DNA from: Marinoscillum sp.
GTDB taxonomy: Bacteria > Bacteroidota > Bacteroidia > Cytophagales > MED-G16
Reading direction: 5' to 3'
Length of the DNA: 64,000 nucleotides
Assembly (NCBI GenBank): GCA_038134805.1
Contig: JAYPVV010000006.1
Coordinates: 1,985 to 65,984 of the forward strand
Made by a program: the position numbers and the translations under genes. Positions 48,592 to 57,655 of this stretch are shown piece after piece; position 1 is the stretch's first letter; each line of letters opens with the position of its first letter. The notes beneath the pieces are model-generated. The model saw only the letters and a list, made by a program, of their open reading frames with translations. It was not told the origin of the DNA and did no database searches.

Positions 48592-49082
48592 TGATATTTA
48601 AAAAAGGTATTATCCTTTTATTTTCTTTACTCCTTCCAATTTTAGTTTTTCTTTTCCTTAATTATTTTGGAAAAAATGAATATAAATTAGATGTATTAAT
48701 TACATCTTGCAATAAATATATTGAAGCTTTACCGTTAAATGAAAATTTGGGAGATAGAGAAATAAAAGTTCTTGATATACGAATATCAAATGATCAACAA
48801 GTTGTTGATTTTAACCTATCAAAATTAATGTCATATAAGAAGATAAAATTAATAACATTATCAAATGATCTTCGTATGGTAAATTGGGAATATTATCAGG
48901 TTGATGAAAGTTTATTAAATGAAATAAGATCATGTATAGAATTTCTTTATTACGATGAGCCTTTGTTATTACTTTTAGATACTTCAAATAATATTCGCGG
49001 TATTTATAGATCTATTGATCAGAAAGAGATCGAAAGATTAAATGTTGAAATCGATGTTTTAAAACTTGAGAATGAAAATTAA
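48591..49082 (+). CDS. membrane-anchored hypothetical protein in the cox tail (no Sco CxxxC/His signature)
   Basis: 163 aa with an N-terminal TM anchor. Two isolated Cys (C40, C115) and no His at all. A TAATG overlap joins it to the preceding gene. Confidence 0.4.
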   Translation: MIFKKGIILLFSLLLPILVFLFLNYFGKNEYKLDVLITSCNKYIEALPLNENLGDREIKVLDIRISNDQQVVDFNLSKLMSYKKIKLITLSNDLRMVNWEYYQVDESLLNEIRSCIEFLYYDEPLLLLLDTSNNIRGIYRSIDQKEIERLNVEIDVLKLENEN

Positions 49083-49587
49083 TAAAATTATTTTAGGAGT
49101 ATCTATATTTATTCCAATTGCTGTTGCTATTCTTTTATTCATGCCTAATAGAATAGAATTATTTGGTGAATGGACCTATGTTTTGCCTCACTTTAATGCT
49201 GTAATAAATTCATTGACATCTGTTCTTTTAATATTCTCATTTTACATGATCACTGTAAAGAAGAATATTATAGCTCATAAAAAATTAAATATTGCTTCAT
49301 TTATTTTAGGAACAATTTTTTTAGTTTCATATATAATATATCATTCTTCAGTTGAAAGTACTTCATACTTAGGTAATTATAAATTAGTGTATTTTTCTTT
49401 TCTAATATCTCATATTTTATTATCAATAGTAGTTGTGCCTTTTGTTCTATTTGCATTTTATTATTCTTTATCTGATCAAATTGATAAACATAAAAAAATT
49501 GTAAAATTTACATTTCCAATTTGGCTTTATGTATCGGTATCTGGAGTTATTGTTTATTTTATGATTAGTCCATATTATGCACAATGA
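49066..49587 (+). CDS. DUF420/CtaM-like membrane protein (cytochrome oxidase assembly-associated)
   Basis: 173 aa with 4 TM segments and conserved His positions in the loops and helices (PHFNAVINS, SHILLS). This is the DUF420 architecture known from Bacillus CtaM. Confidence 0.7.
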   Translation: MRMKINKIILGVSIFIPIAVAILLFMPNRIELFGEWTYVLPHFNAVINSLTSVLLIFSFYMITVKKNIIAHKKLNIASFILGTIFLVSYIIYHSSVESTSYLGNYKLVYFSFLISHILLSIVVVPFVLFAFYYSLSDQIDKHKKIVKFTFPIWLYVSVSGVIVYFMISPYYAQ

Positions 49588-49868
49588 GAACTAAATTAAT
49601 TTACATTCTAATCATTATTTTAATAAATTCATATGAAACTTATTCTCAAGGGTGTGCAATGTGCAGAGGAATTGTTGAGAGTGATGCTAATTTAGGAGGG
49701 ACTGGAATATCATCAAGTATTAATTCTGGTATAATATATTTATTTACTTCAACTTACATACTAATTATAATTGGAGCTGCATTTTGGTATTATAGAAGTA
49801 AAAAAAATATAAAAGAAATTGAGGCTATGAATAAAATAAAAGAGAGGGTTGCTTCAATAATAGATTAA
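49584..49868 (+). CDS. small bitopic protein with post-signal CxxC motif
   Basis: 94 aa. Signal-like N-terminus ending YSQ, then GCAMCRG (Cys24, Cys27), a Gly/Ser linker, one TM segment and a basic tail. Last gene of the array, with an ATGA overlap. Confidence 0.45.
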   Translation: MRTKLIYILIIILINSYETYSQGCAMCRGIVESDANLGGTGISSSINSGIIYLFTSTYILIIIGAAFWYYRSKKNIKEIEAMNKIKERVASIID

Positions 49869-50615
49869 TTATTTTTTGATTCTATTCATCAATTTATTAG
49901 AAAATATAAATTGATTAAGTTCTGAAATTGTAGTTTTGAGAATCTCCTTGTTATCGCCTTCCCATAATTTTCTTCCATTATGTAGAAACATTATATATTC
50001 TCCAATTTCAATTACTGAGTTCATGTCATGAGTTACTACGACAGTGGTTGTTTTTAATTTTTGAGTTAATTCAAGAATTAAATCATCTATCTTTATTGCA
50101 GTTAGGGGGTCTAAACCTGAATTTGGCTCATCACAAAATAAGTATTTAGAATCATTTACAATTGCTCTTGCTATTCCTACTCTTTTTTTCATTCCTCCAC
50201 TTAATTCTGATGGCATCTTAGAGTTACTTCCTTCTAAACCGACTAATTCAAGACAATGATTAACTTTCTCTATCTTTTCTTTTTCAGAAATATTAGTTAA
50301 CATATCTAAAGGAAATTTTATATTATCTTCAACATTTTTAGAGTCAAATAGAGCACTCCCTTGAAATAACATTCCAATTTCTCTTCTAATCTGAGTGGAA
50401 GTATTCTTATCAGATTCTATAAATATTCTTTTATCGAAAAGTACTTTCCCAGAATCTGGTTTTAATAAACCAACTAAACATTTAAGAAGAACACTTTTAC
50501 CAGTTCCACTTGCTCCAATAATTAAATTGGTTTTTCCTTTCTCAAATTTTCCATTTATTTTATGCAATATGTTTTTATCATTAAATGATTTTGAAATACT
50601 TTTAATTTCTATCAT
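49869..50615 (-). CDS. mlaF: ABC transporter ATP-binding protein (MlaF-like)
   Basis: 248 aa with Walker A GASGTGKS, signature LSGGMKKR and Walker B LFCDEPNSGLD. Paired with an MlaE-type permease. Confidence 0.85.
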   Translation of the reverse strand: MIEIKSISKSFNDKNILHKINGKFEKGKTNLIIGASGTGKSVLLKCLVGLLKPDSGKVLFDKRIFIESDKNTSTQIRREIGMLFQGSALFDSKNVEDNIKFPLDMLTNISEKEKIEKVNHCLELVGLEGSNSKMPSELSGGMKKRVGIARAIVNDSKYLFCDEPNSGLDPLTAIKIDDLILELTQKLKTTTVVVTHDMNSVIEIGEYIMFLHNGRKLWEGDNKEILKTTISELNQFIFSNKLMNRIKK

Positions 50616-50616
50616 A

Positions 50617-51345
50617 CTAAAGTAAAATTTGAGCTAAAATATAATCTGCAACTAATATAGCTATACAACTATTGGTAACAGCATTAGTGCTTGATTTTCC
50701 AACTTCTAGAGCTCCTCCAGTTGTGTAATAGCCTTGAAATGATGAAATAGATGAAACTAAGAATGCAAACACATATGATTTGATTAAAGCAAATGGGATA
50801 TTAAATGGATTAAATTCATATCTTAAACCATAGATATATTCTTGCCCTGTAATTACATCAGTTAAAACTCCAGCAGTATATCCTCCTATAATTGCTAAAG
50901 TAGCAGATATTACTACTAAAATAGGGAACATCATTAAAGCAGCAATAATTTTAGGTAGTACAAGATAAGAGCTTGAATTTATACCCATTACCTCTAATGC
51001 GTCAATCTGTTCAGTAATTCTCATTGTCCCAAGTTCACCGGCAATATTAGATCCAACTTTTCCAGCAAAAACTATAGCAATAATTGTAGGAGATAGTTCT
51101 AATAAGGTCATATCACGAACGACTAATGAAATTACATAATCCGGAATAAATGGACTCACTAGGTTAAATGCAGTTTGAATGGTTGTGACTGCACCTATAA
51201 AAACAGAAACAATTGATACAATAAACAAGCTATTATATCCAATTTTAATACATTCATTTAATGTGAGATTTAAATAAACTTTAAACTTCTCTCTTCTCTC
51301 AAAAAGAGAGAACATAAATAAGATGTATTTTCCAAAAATTTTCAA
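50617..51345 (-). CDS. mlaE: MlaE-family ABC transporter permease
   Basis: 242 aa with the conserved MlaE segment GAELGTMRITEQIDALEVMGI (here GELGTMRITEQIDALEVMGIN). Confidence 0.87.
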   Translation of the reverse strand: MKIFGKYILFMFSLFERREKFKVYLNLTLNECIKIGYNSLFIVSIVSVFIGAVTTIQTAFNLVSPFIPDYVISLVVRDMTLLELSPTIIAIVFAGKVGSNIAGELGTMRITEQIDALEVMGINSSSYLVLPKIIAALMMFPILVVISATLAIIGGYTAGVLTDVITGQEYIYGLRYEFNPFNIPFALIKSYVFAFLVSSISSFQGYYTTGGALEVGKSSTNAVTNSCIAILVADYILAQILL

Positions 51346-51408
51346 ATTATTCTATTAATTCATTAATATACATACAAATTTGTAAATAAATTCTATCAAT
51401 TTGGTCTT

Positions 51409-52116
51409 ATGAACAAAACTATTGTTATAAGTGGTGGCTCTAAAGGAATTGGGAAATCTATAGCATTACTTTTTGCTAAAAAAAGCTTTAACATCATAAC
51501 TTGCTCCAGAAATGATAATGAATTGAAAATATTAAAATCTGAGTTAAAACAACTAAATGATAAAATAGAAGTTTATGTTTTTAAAGCAGATTTATCTGTT
51601 AAAGACCAAAGTCATTCTTTTACAGAATTTGTGAAAAGTTCTACGAAAGAAATTGATATTTTAGTCAATAATGTTGGAACTTTTATTCCTGGAAAAATAA
51701 TTGAAGAAAAAGAATCAATTCTAAAGTCTATGATGGATGTTAATTTATTTTCTAATTATTGGGTTACTAAAGGTTTAATTAATCTTATGATAGATAAGAA
51801 GAAAGGACATATTTTTAATATATGCTCTATTGCTAGTAAAATAGCTTATTCTAATGGTGGCTCATACTGTATTTCAAAATTTGCTCTTTATGGAATGAGC
51901 CAATGCCTTAGAGAGGAGTTAAAAGATTTTGGAATAAAAGTTACTTCAATTTTACCTGGAGCTACTAGAACTGGTAGTTGGGACGGAACCTTATTTCCTG
52001 ATGATCGTTTCATCAATCCAGATGATGTGTCTAAATCTTTATATTCCGCATATAATACTTCGGATGGAGCTAATGTTGAGGAAATTATTATTAGACCCCA
52101 ACTAGGTGATTTATAA
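51409..52116 (+). CDS. classical short-chain dehydrogenase/reductase
   Basis: 235 aa with the cofactor motif ISGGSKGIGKS, NNVG, and the catalytic SKIAYSNGGSYCISKFAL (YxxxK). Confidence 0.85.
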   Translation: MNKTIVISGGSKGIGKSIALLFAKKSFNIITCSRNDNELKILKSELKQLNDKIEVYVFKADLSVKDQSHSFTEFVKSSTKEIDILVNNVGTFIPGKIIEEKESILKSMMDVNLFSNYWVTKGLINLMIDKKKGHIFNICSIASKIAYSNGGSYCISKFALYGMSQCLREELKDFGIKVTSILPGATRTGSWDGTLFPDDRFINPDDVSKSLYSAYNTSDGANVEEIIIRPQLGDL

Positions 52117-52122
52117 TCAGAA

Positions 52123-54048
52123 ATGTTAGAGAGCTATTTTAAAAAAAATTTATTTTCTTATCAGAGAAGAGTATCTATTCCTGTTAGAGTAGGAGATTGC
52201 ATCATAGGAGGTAATAATCCCATAAGAATCCAGTCTATGACAACAACAGATACCATGGACACTAAAGCCACTGTTGAGCAAACAATTCGAATGGTCAATG
52301 CGGGATGTGAGCTTGTGAGAATCACTGCTCCAAGTATAAATGATGCGAAAAATCTTTTGAATATTAAAAAAGATTTAGAAAAAAAAGGATATAAAATCCC
52401 ATTAGTCGCTGATATTCATTTTACTCCAAATGCAGCTGAAATTGCTGCAGGGATTGTAGAAAAAGTGAGGATTAATCCAGGAAACTATGCAGACAAGAAA
52501 AAGTTTCAGAAAATAGAATATGATGATAAATCATATAATGAAGAAATCGAAAGGATATATGAGAGAGTTTCTCCACTGATAAAAATTTGTAAGGAAAATG
52601 GTACAGCCATCAGGATAGGAACTAACCATGGTTCATTATCAGATAGGATAATGAGTAGATTTGGAGATACTCCACTTGGAATGGTTGAATCAGCACTAGA
52701 ATATCTTAGAATTTGTGAAGATCATAACTTTTATAATGTAGTACTTTCCATGAAAGCAAGTAATCCTCTTGTAATGGTACATGCATATAGACTTCTTGTT
52801 GATAAATTACTTCAAACTGATTTAAAAAATTATCCACTTCATCTAGGAGTTACAGAAGCTGGTGAGGGTGAAGATGGAAGAATTAAATCAGCAATTGGAA
52901 TAGGAGCTTTATTGGATGATGGAATTGGAGATACTATTAGAGTTTCATTAACTGAAGAACCTGAATTTGAATCTCCTGTTGCTAGAGTTTTAGTAGATAG
53001 ATACCAAAATAGAGAAAATCATCAAAAAATTAAAGAACCTGAATTTTTTAAATTTGATCCATTTAAATATAATAAAAGAAATTCTATAGATGTACTCAAT
53101 ATTGGGTCTGAAAACTTACCAATCGTAATATCTGATTTAACAAACATTGATAAAATAGATGAAAATATTTTAAATTCTTTAGGACTTACATTTAATTCTA
53201 CTTTAGATAAATGGGAAACTCTTGATACATCCCCCGACTATTTTTATTTTGGAAGTTATGAGCAAAGCTATTCTAAATACAATTTTAATATAATTTTAGA
53301 TTATGATGAGTGGATAAAAGTTGATAATGAAATGAATCTTTTCCCTCTTTTTAAGATAGAAGACTTTATTGGTAAAAAAATTTTGAAGTTCTCTAAAATT
53401 ATAAATTTTATTGAGATTGATGCATCTACTGAAGATATCAAAAAAATAGATTTACCTAGTAATTTTGTTATTTTATTAACTTCTAAAAATGATCATTGTA
53501 TGCCTGATATGCGTTCATTTTTTTTAAGAAATCATTCATTAAAAAATCCTGTAGTTTTTTCTCTAACGTATAATATAAATTATTCAGAAAAATTTATACT
53601 TTATTCTTCAACTGATATTGGGGGATTATTTATCCAAGGTTTTGGAGATGGAATTTTGATTAAATCTAATTCATCAGAAAATAAAGAATTGAAAAAAATA
53701 AATTCTTTATCATTCAAAATATTACAAGCTGCAAGGATGAGAGTAACATCTACAGATTTTATATCTTGTCCTTCATGCGGAAGAACTTTATTTAATTTAC
53801 AGGAGACAACAGCAATGATAAGAAGTAGAACAGATCACTTAAAAGGTCTTAAAATTGGGATAATGGGCTGTATTGTTAATGGCCCTGGTGAAATGGCTGA
53901 TGCAGATTATGGATATGTTGGATCAGGAAGAGACAAAATAACATTATATAGGGGGCAGAATGTTGTCAAGAAAGGAATAAATTTTAAAGATGGAGTTAAT
54001 GAACTTGTTAGCTTAATAAAAGAAGATGGAAACTGGATTGAACCTTAA
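52123..54048 (+). CDS. ispG: 4-hydroxy-3-methylbut-2-enyl diphosphate synthase, long form with inserted domain
   Basis: 641 aa. N-terminal TIM-barrel part (IRIQSMTTTDT, RINPGNY), about 250 aa of insert, then a C-terminal Fe-S domain (SCPSCGRT, GCIVNGPGE). Confidence 0.93.
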   Translation: MLESYFKKNLFSYQRRVSIPVRVGDCIIGGNNPIRIQSMTTTDTMDTKATVEQTIRMVNAGCELVRITAPSINDAKNLLNIKKDLEKKGYKIPLVADIHFTPNAAEIAAGIVEKVRINPGNYADKKKFQKIEYDDKSYNEEIERIYERVSPLIKICKENGTAIRIGTNHGSLSDRIMSRFGDTPLGMVESALEYLRICEDHNFYNVVLSMKASNPLVMVHAYRLLVDKLLQTDLKNYPLHLGVTEAGEGEDGRIKSAIGIGALLDDGIGDTIRVSLTEEPEFESPVARVLVDRYQNRENHQKIKEPEFFKFDPFKYNKRNSIDVLNIGSENLPIVISDLTNIDKIDENILNSLGLTFNSTLDKWETLDTSPDYFYFGSYEQSYSKYNFNIILDYDEWIKVDNEMNLFPLFKIEDFIGKKILKFSKIINFIEIDASTEDIKKIDLPSNFVILLTSKNDHCMPDMRSFFLRNHSLKNPVVFSLTYNINYSEKFILYSSTDIGGLFIQGFGDGILIKSNSSENKELKKINSLSFKILQAARMRVTSTDFISCPSCGRTLFNLQETTAMIRSRTDHLKGLKIGIMGCIVNGPGEMADADYGYVGSGRDKITLYRGQNVVKKGINFKDGVNELVSLIKEDGNWIEP

Positions 54049-54059
54049 TTTTTTAAATT

Positions 54060-54248
54060 ATGAAAAAAACACAAAAAAAAATTTCTTACTATTTTGATTT
54101 ATCTGAGGTATTAACATATTTCTTTAGAAAAAAAGATCAAAATTCTAAACCAAACTTTAGTTTAAAAGCAATGCATACTGTTAATAAAATTTCTATTGTA
54201 ATGTTTTTAATCGGTGTAATTGTAGTATTCCTTAGAAGAATTCTATGA
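54060..54248 (+). CDS. small single-TM membrane protein
   Basis: 62 aa with a basic N-terminus and a C-terminal TM segment (ISIVMFLIGVIVVFL). A 4-nt overlap with the downstream gene suggests real translation. Confidence 0.4.
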   Translation: MKKTQKKISYYFDLSEVLTYFFRKKDQNSKPNFSLKAMHTVNKISIVMFLIGVIVVFLRRIL

Positions 54249-54913
54249 AAGTATTAATATCTATTTTCATAACTTATCTTTTATTATCATGTTCCTCTGA
54301 AGAAACTACATACAGCTTAAATGATAGATTATCTTATCTTGCACTAGGAGACTCTTACACAATAGGTGAGGGAATTGATTTTAATGATTCATATCCAAGT
54401 CAGTTAAAAAATGAAATCTCACTTATAGATTCTCTTAAAGTAATAGCAAAAACAGGATGGACTACAAATGAGCTCATCGATACTCTAAATAATAGTAATA
54501 TTGGTAAGTATGATATTGTTTCATTATTAATTGGTGTCAATAATCAGTACAGAGGATATAATTTAAATCTCTATAAAATAGAATTTGAAAATTTATTGAT
54601 TAGAGCTATTAATTATTCTCATTCAAAAAAAAATATTTTTATTTTATCTATCCCTGACTACGGAGTTACTCCATTTGGTAAAACTAGAAATCAAGAAAAA
54701 ACATTTTTAGAAATTAATGAATATAATAGAATTAATAAATCGATCTCAGATAAATATGGAGTAATGTATTTTGATATAACTGAAATTTCTAGAGATGCAG
54801 AATTTGATAATTCTTTACTTGCTTCAGATAATCTACATCCATCAAAAAAAATGTATAAAATGTGGGTAGATAAACTCAAAAATCAATTGCTTGATAGTTT
54901 AAAGATTTACTAA
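54245..54913 (+). CDS. SGNH/GDSL-family hydrolase lipoprotein
   Basis: 222 aa with a lipobox (LLSC), block I LALGDSYTIGEG, block III GVNNQ and block V DNLHPS. Confidence 0.8.
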   Translation: MKVLISIFITYLLLSCSSEETTYSLNDRLSYLALGDSYTIGEGIDFNDSYPSQLKNEISLIDSLKVIAKTGWTTNELIDTLNNSNIGKYDIVSLLIGVNNQYRGYNLNLYKIEFENLLIRAINYSHSKKNIFILSIPDYGVTPFGKTRNQEKTFLEINEYNRINKSISDKYGVMYFDITEISRDAEFDNSLLASDNLHPSKKMYKMWVDKLKNQLLDSLKIY

Positions 54914-57606
54914 TAAACAATATTGATTATTTTATTTGGAACGATAATAATTTTTTTTATTTCTGATTTTTTAACCCATTTATTAACAATTTCATTTTCT
55001 AGAATGTCTTTTTCGATTTCAGAATTATTTAGATCAAGACTATATCTTGCTTTAGTTCTTAACTTTCCATTTATCATAATTGGATACTCATAATCATTTT
55101 CTTTAATAAAACTCTCATTGTAATCTGGGAAATGAGAGTAAGAAATAGTTTCTTTATTTCCAATTTTTTCCCATAATTCTTCACTTATATGTGGTGCAAA
55201 TGGAGAGACTAATATTATTAATGGATTAAGAATTTCTATTTTATTACATTCTAATTTACTCAAGTTATTTACTGCTATCATTAGTTGACTAATACATGTA
55301 TTTAAAGAAAGTCTTTCAATATCATTTTTAATTTTTTTAATAGTTGAATGAAGAACTTTTAATTCTTCTCTTGAAGCTTTTTCTTTTGATATACATAATT
55401 TCTCGTCTTTATGAAATAGTGACCAAAATTTATTTAAAAATTTAAATACACCTTCAATACCATTAGTATTCCAAGGTTTAGATTGTTCAATTGGACCTAA
55501 AAACATTTCATACATTCGAAGTGTATCAGATCCATATTTTGAGATGATGTCATCTGGATTAACTACATTATTTTTAGACTTTGACATTTTCTCTGTATCA
55601 AAGCCACATAGATATTCATTATTTTCTAGGATAAATTTTGCATTTTTAAATTCTTTTGAAGAATTCATAAATTTTTTAATATTAAGTTTATCATTCTTCA
55701 CAAGATTTACATCTACATGAAGTCTAGTGTAATCATAATTTTTTCTAAGATTATATGATACAAATTTATTAGTTCCTTTAATTCTGTAAATGAAGTTAGA
55801 TCTTCCTAAAATCATCCCTTGATTAACTAATTTTTTGAATGGTTCATTTGTATTTACAAATCCTAGATCATAAAGTACTTTATGCCAAAATCTAGAATAA
55901 AGAAGATGTAAAACAGCATGCTCAGCACCTCCAATATATAAATCAACTGGCATCCAGTATTTTATTTTATCATAGTCAGCAAATGAAGAATTATTTTTTG
56001 GATCTAAATATCTAAGATAATACCAGCATGATCCAGCCCATTGAGGCATGGTATTAGTTTCTCTTTTATACTTAATTCCATTTATTTCAATATTAGTCCA
56101 TTCAGAATTTCTAGCAAGAGGTGAGGAGCCATCAGATGTAGGAAGGTAACTTTCTACTTGAGGTAGCTTAACTGGTAATTGTTTCTCGCAAACAGATTTT
56201 CTTCTATTTCCATCATGTAAAATTGGAATTGGCTCACCCCAATATCTTTGTCTTGTAAATATCCAATCCCTTAGTTTATAATTAATTGTTCTTTTTCCTA
56301 AGGTTTTTTCTTCTAAAATATTAATGACTACATCTTTGAACTCTAAATTACTTAAACCATCAAATTTTCCAGAATTAATTATTTTCCCATTTCCGGTGAA
56401 GCATTTCTCTTTAGACGTATGAGAAATAACTTGATTTATATCTAATTCAAATTTTTTAGCAAATTCAAAATCTCTTTCATCATGAGCTGGTACTGCCATT
56501 ATAGCACCAGTTCCATAACTTGCTAAAACATAATCTGAAATCCATATTGGAATTTTTACATTTGAGATAGGATTTAAAGCATATGAACCGGTAAATACAC
56601 CTGTCTTATTTTTTTCATTTTCTTGTCTTTCTAATTCACTTTTTGTTGAGGATATATAGACATAATTTTCTACCACAGCTTTCTGATTAATTGTAGTTAT
56701 ATTTTTAATTATTTCGTGTTCTGGTGCCAAAACCAGATAGGTAGCGCCATAAATTGTATCAGGTCGAGTTGTAAAAACTTTTATACTATCTTTTTCATTA
56801 ACATTAAAAATAATTTCTGCTCCTTCAGATTTACCAATCCAATTTTTTTGCGATATTTTTATTGAATCAGGCCAATCTAGATTATCTAAGTCTTCTAATA
56901 ATCTTTCTGCGTAATTTGTTATTCTCATAACCCATTGTTTCATAGGCTTTCTAACAACTGGAAATCCACCTCTTTCGCTTAGTCCACCAATAACTTCCTC
57001 GTTCGAGAGTACTGTCCCTAACTCTTCACACCAGTTGACATCAACTTCATCAATATATGCAAGTCTTTTGGAGTCAATAAATTCATCCTTTTCCTTTTGT
57101 TTAATTTTTTCAGGTATAGTTAATTCATTTATGTTTCTAGCAATTTTCTTATCAAAGTCATAAAATGAATTATATAGTTTTAAAAATATCCATTGTGTCC
57201 ACTTATAGTATTCACTATCGCTAGTCTTTATTTCTCTATCCCAATCAAAGGATAATCCTAATGTATTCAGTTGTTCTTTAAACCTTTGAATATTCTCTTC
57301 TGTAGTATCCTTTGGGTGCTTCCCTGTTTTTATTGCATATTGTTCTGCTGGTAAGCCAAATGAATCAAAACCCATAGGGTGTAATACATTGAACCCTTGT
57401 AGTCTCTTAAATCTAGAAATTATATCGGAAGCTATGTATCCAAGTGGATGACCTACATGAAGCCCAGACCCAGATGGATAAGGAAACATGTCCATGACAT
57501 AATATTTTGGTTTAGAATCAATTTCAGTTTTAAAAGTTTTATTTTCTAACCAAAATTTTTGCCATTTTTTTTCAATTTTAAGAAAATCATATTTACTATC
57601 TGACAT
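54910..57606 (-). CDS. leuS: leucine--tRNA ligase
   Basis: 898 aa with PYPSGSGLHVGH (HIGH) and KMSKSKNN (KMSKS). LeuRS-type CP1 editing domain. Confidence 0.97.
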   Translation of the reverse strand: MSDSKYDFLKIEKKWQKFWLENKTFKTEIDSKPKYYVMDMFPYPSGSGLHVGHPLGYIASDIISRFKRLQGFNVLHPMGFDSFGLPAEQYAIKTGKHPKDTTEENIQRFKEQLNTLGLSFDWDREIKTSDSEYYKWTQWIFLKLYNSFYDFDKKIARNINELTIPEKIKQKEKDEFIDSKRLAYIDEVDVNWCEELGTVLSNEEVIGGLSERGGFPVVRKPMKQWVMRITNYAERLLEDLDNLDWPDSIKISQKNWIGKSEGAEIIFNVNEKDSIKVFTTRPDTIYGATYLVLAPEHEIIKNITTINQKAVVENYVYISSTKSELERQENEKNKTGVFTGSYALNPISNVKIPIWISDYVLASYGTGAIMAVPAHDERDFEFAKKFELDINQVISHTSKEKCFTGNGKIINSGKFDGLSNLEFKDVVINILEEKTLGKRTINYKLRDWIFTRQRYWGEPIPILHDGNRRKSVCEKQLPVKLPQVESYLPTSDGSSPLARNSEWTNIEINGIKYKRETNTMPQWAGSCWYYLRYLDPKNNSSFADYDKIKYWMPVDLYIGGAEHAVLHLLYSRFWHKVLYDLGFVNTNEPFKKLVNQGMILGRSNFIYRIKGTNKFVSYNLRKNYDYTRLHVDVNLVKNDKLNIKKFMNSSKEFKNAKFILENNEYLCGFDTEKMSKSKNNVVNPDDIISKYGSDTLRMYEMFLGPIEQSKPWNTNGIEGVFKFLNKFWSLFHKDEKLCISKEKASREELKVLHSTIKKIKNDIERLSLNTCISQLMIAVNNLSKLECNKIEILNPLIILVSPFAPHISEELWEKIGNKETISYSHFPDYNESFIKENDYEYPIMINGKLRTKARYSLDLNNSEIEKDILENEIVNKWVKKSEIKKIIIVPNKIINIVY

Positions 57607-57655
57607 ACTGCAAAAGTAGCATTAAATGTTTAAAATTTAAGAAATTAGGAGCATT

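Noticed and set aside
52123-54048. IspG is 641 aa, roughly 270 aa longer than the E. coli-type enzyme; I considered a fusion or mis-joined ORFs.
   Set aside because: A long IspG form with an inserted domain between the TIM-barrel and Fe-S domains is established for Bacteroidota, Chlamydiae and plants. Both terminal domains are intact and in order.
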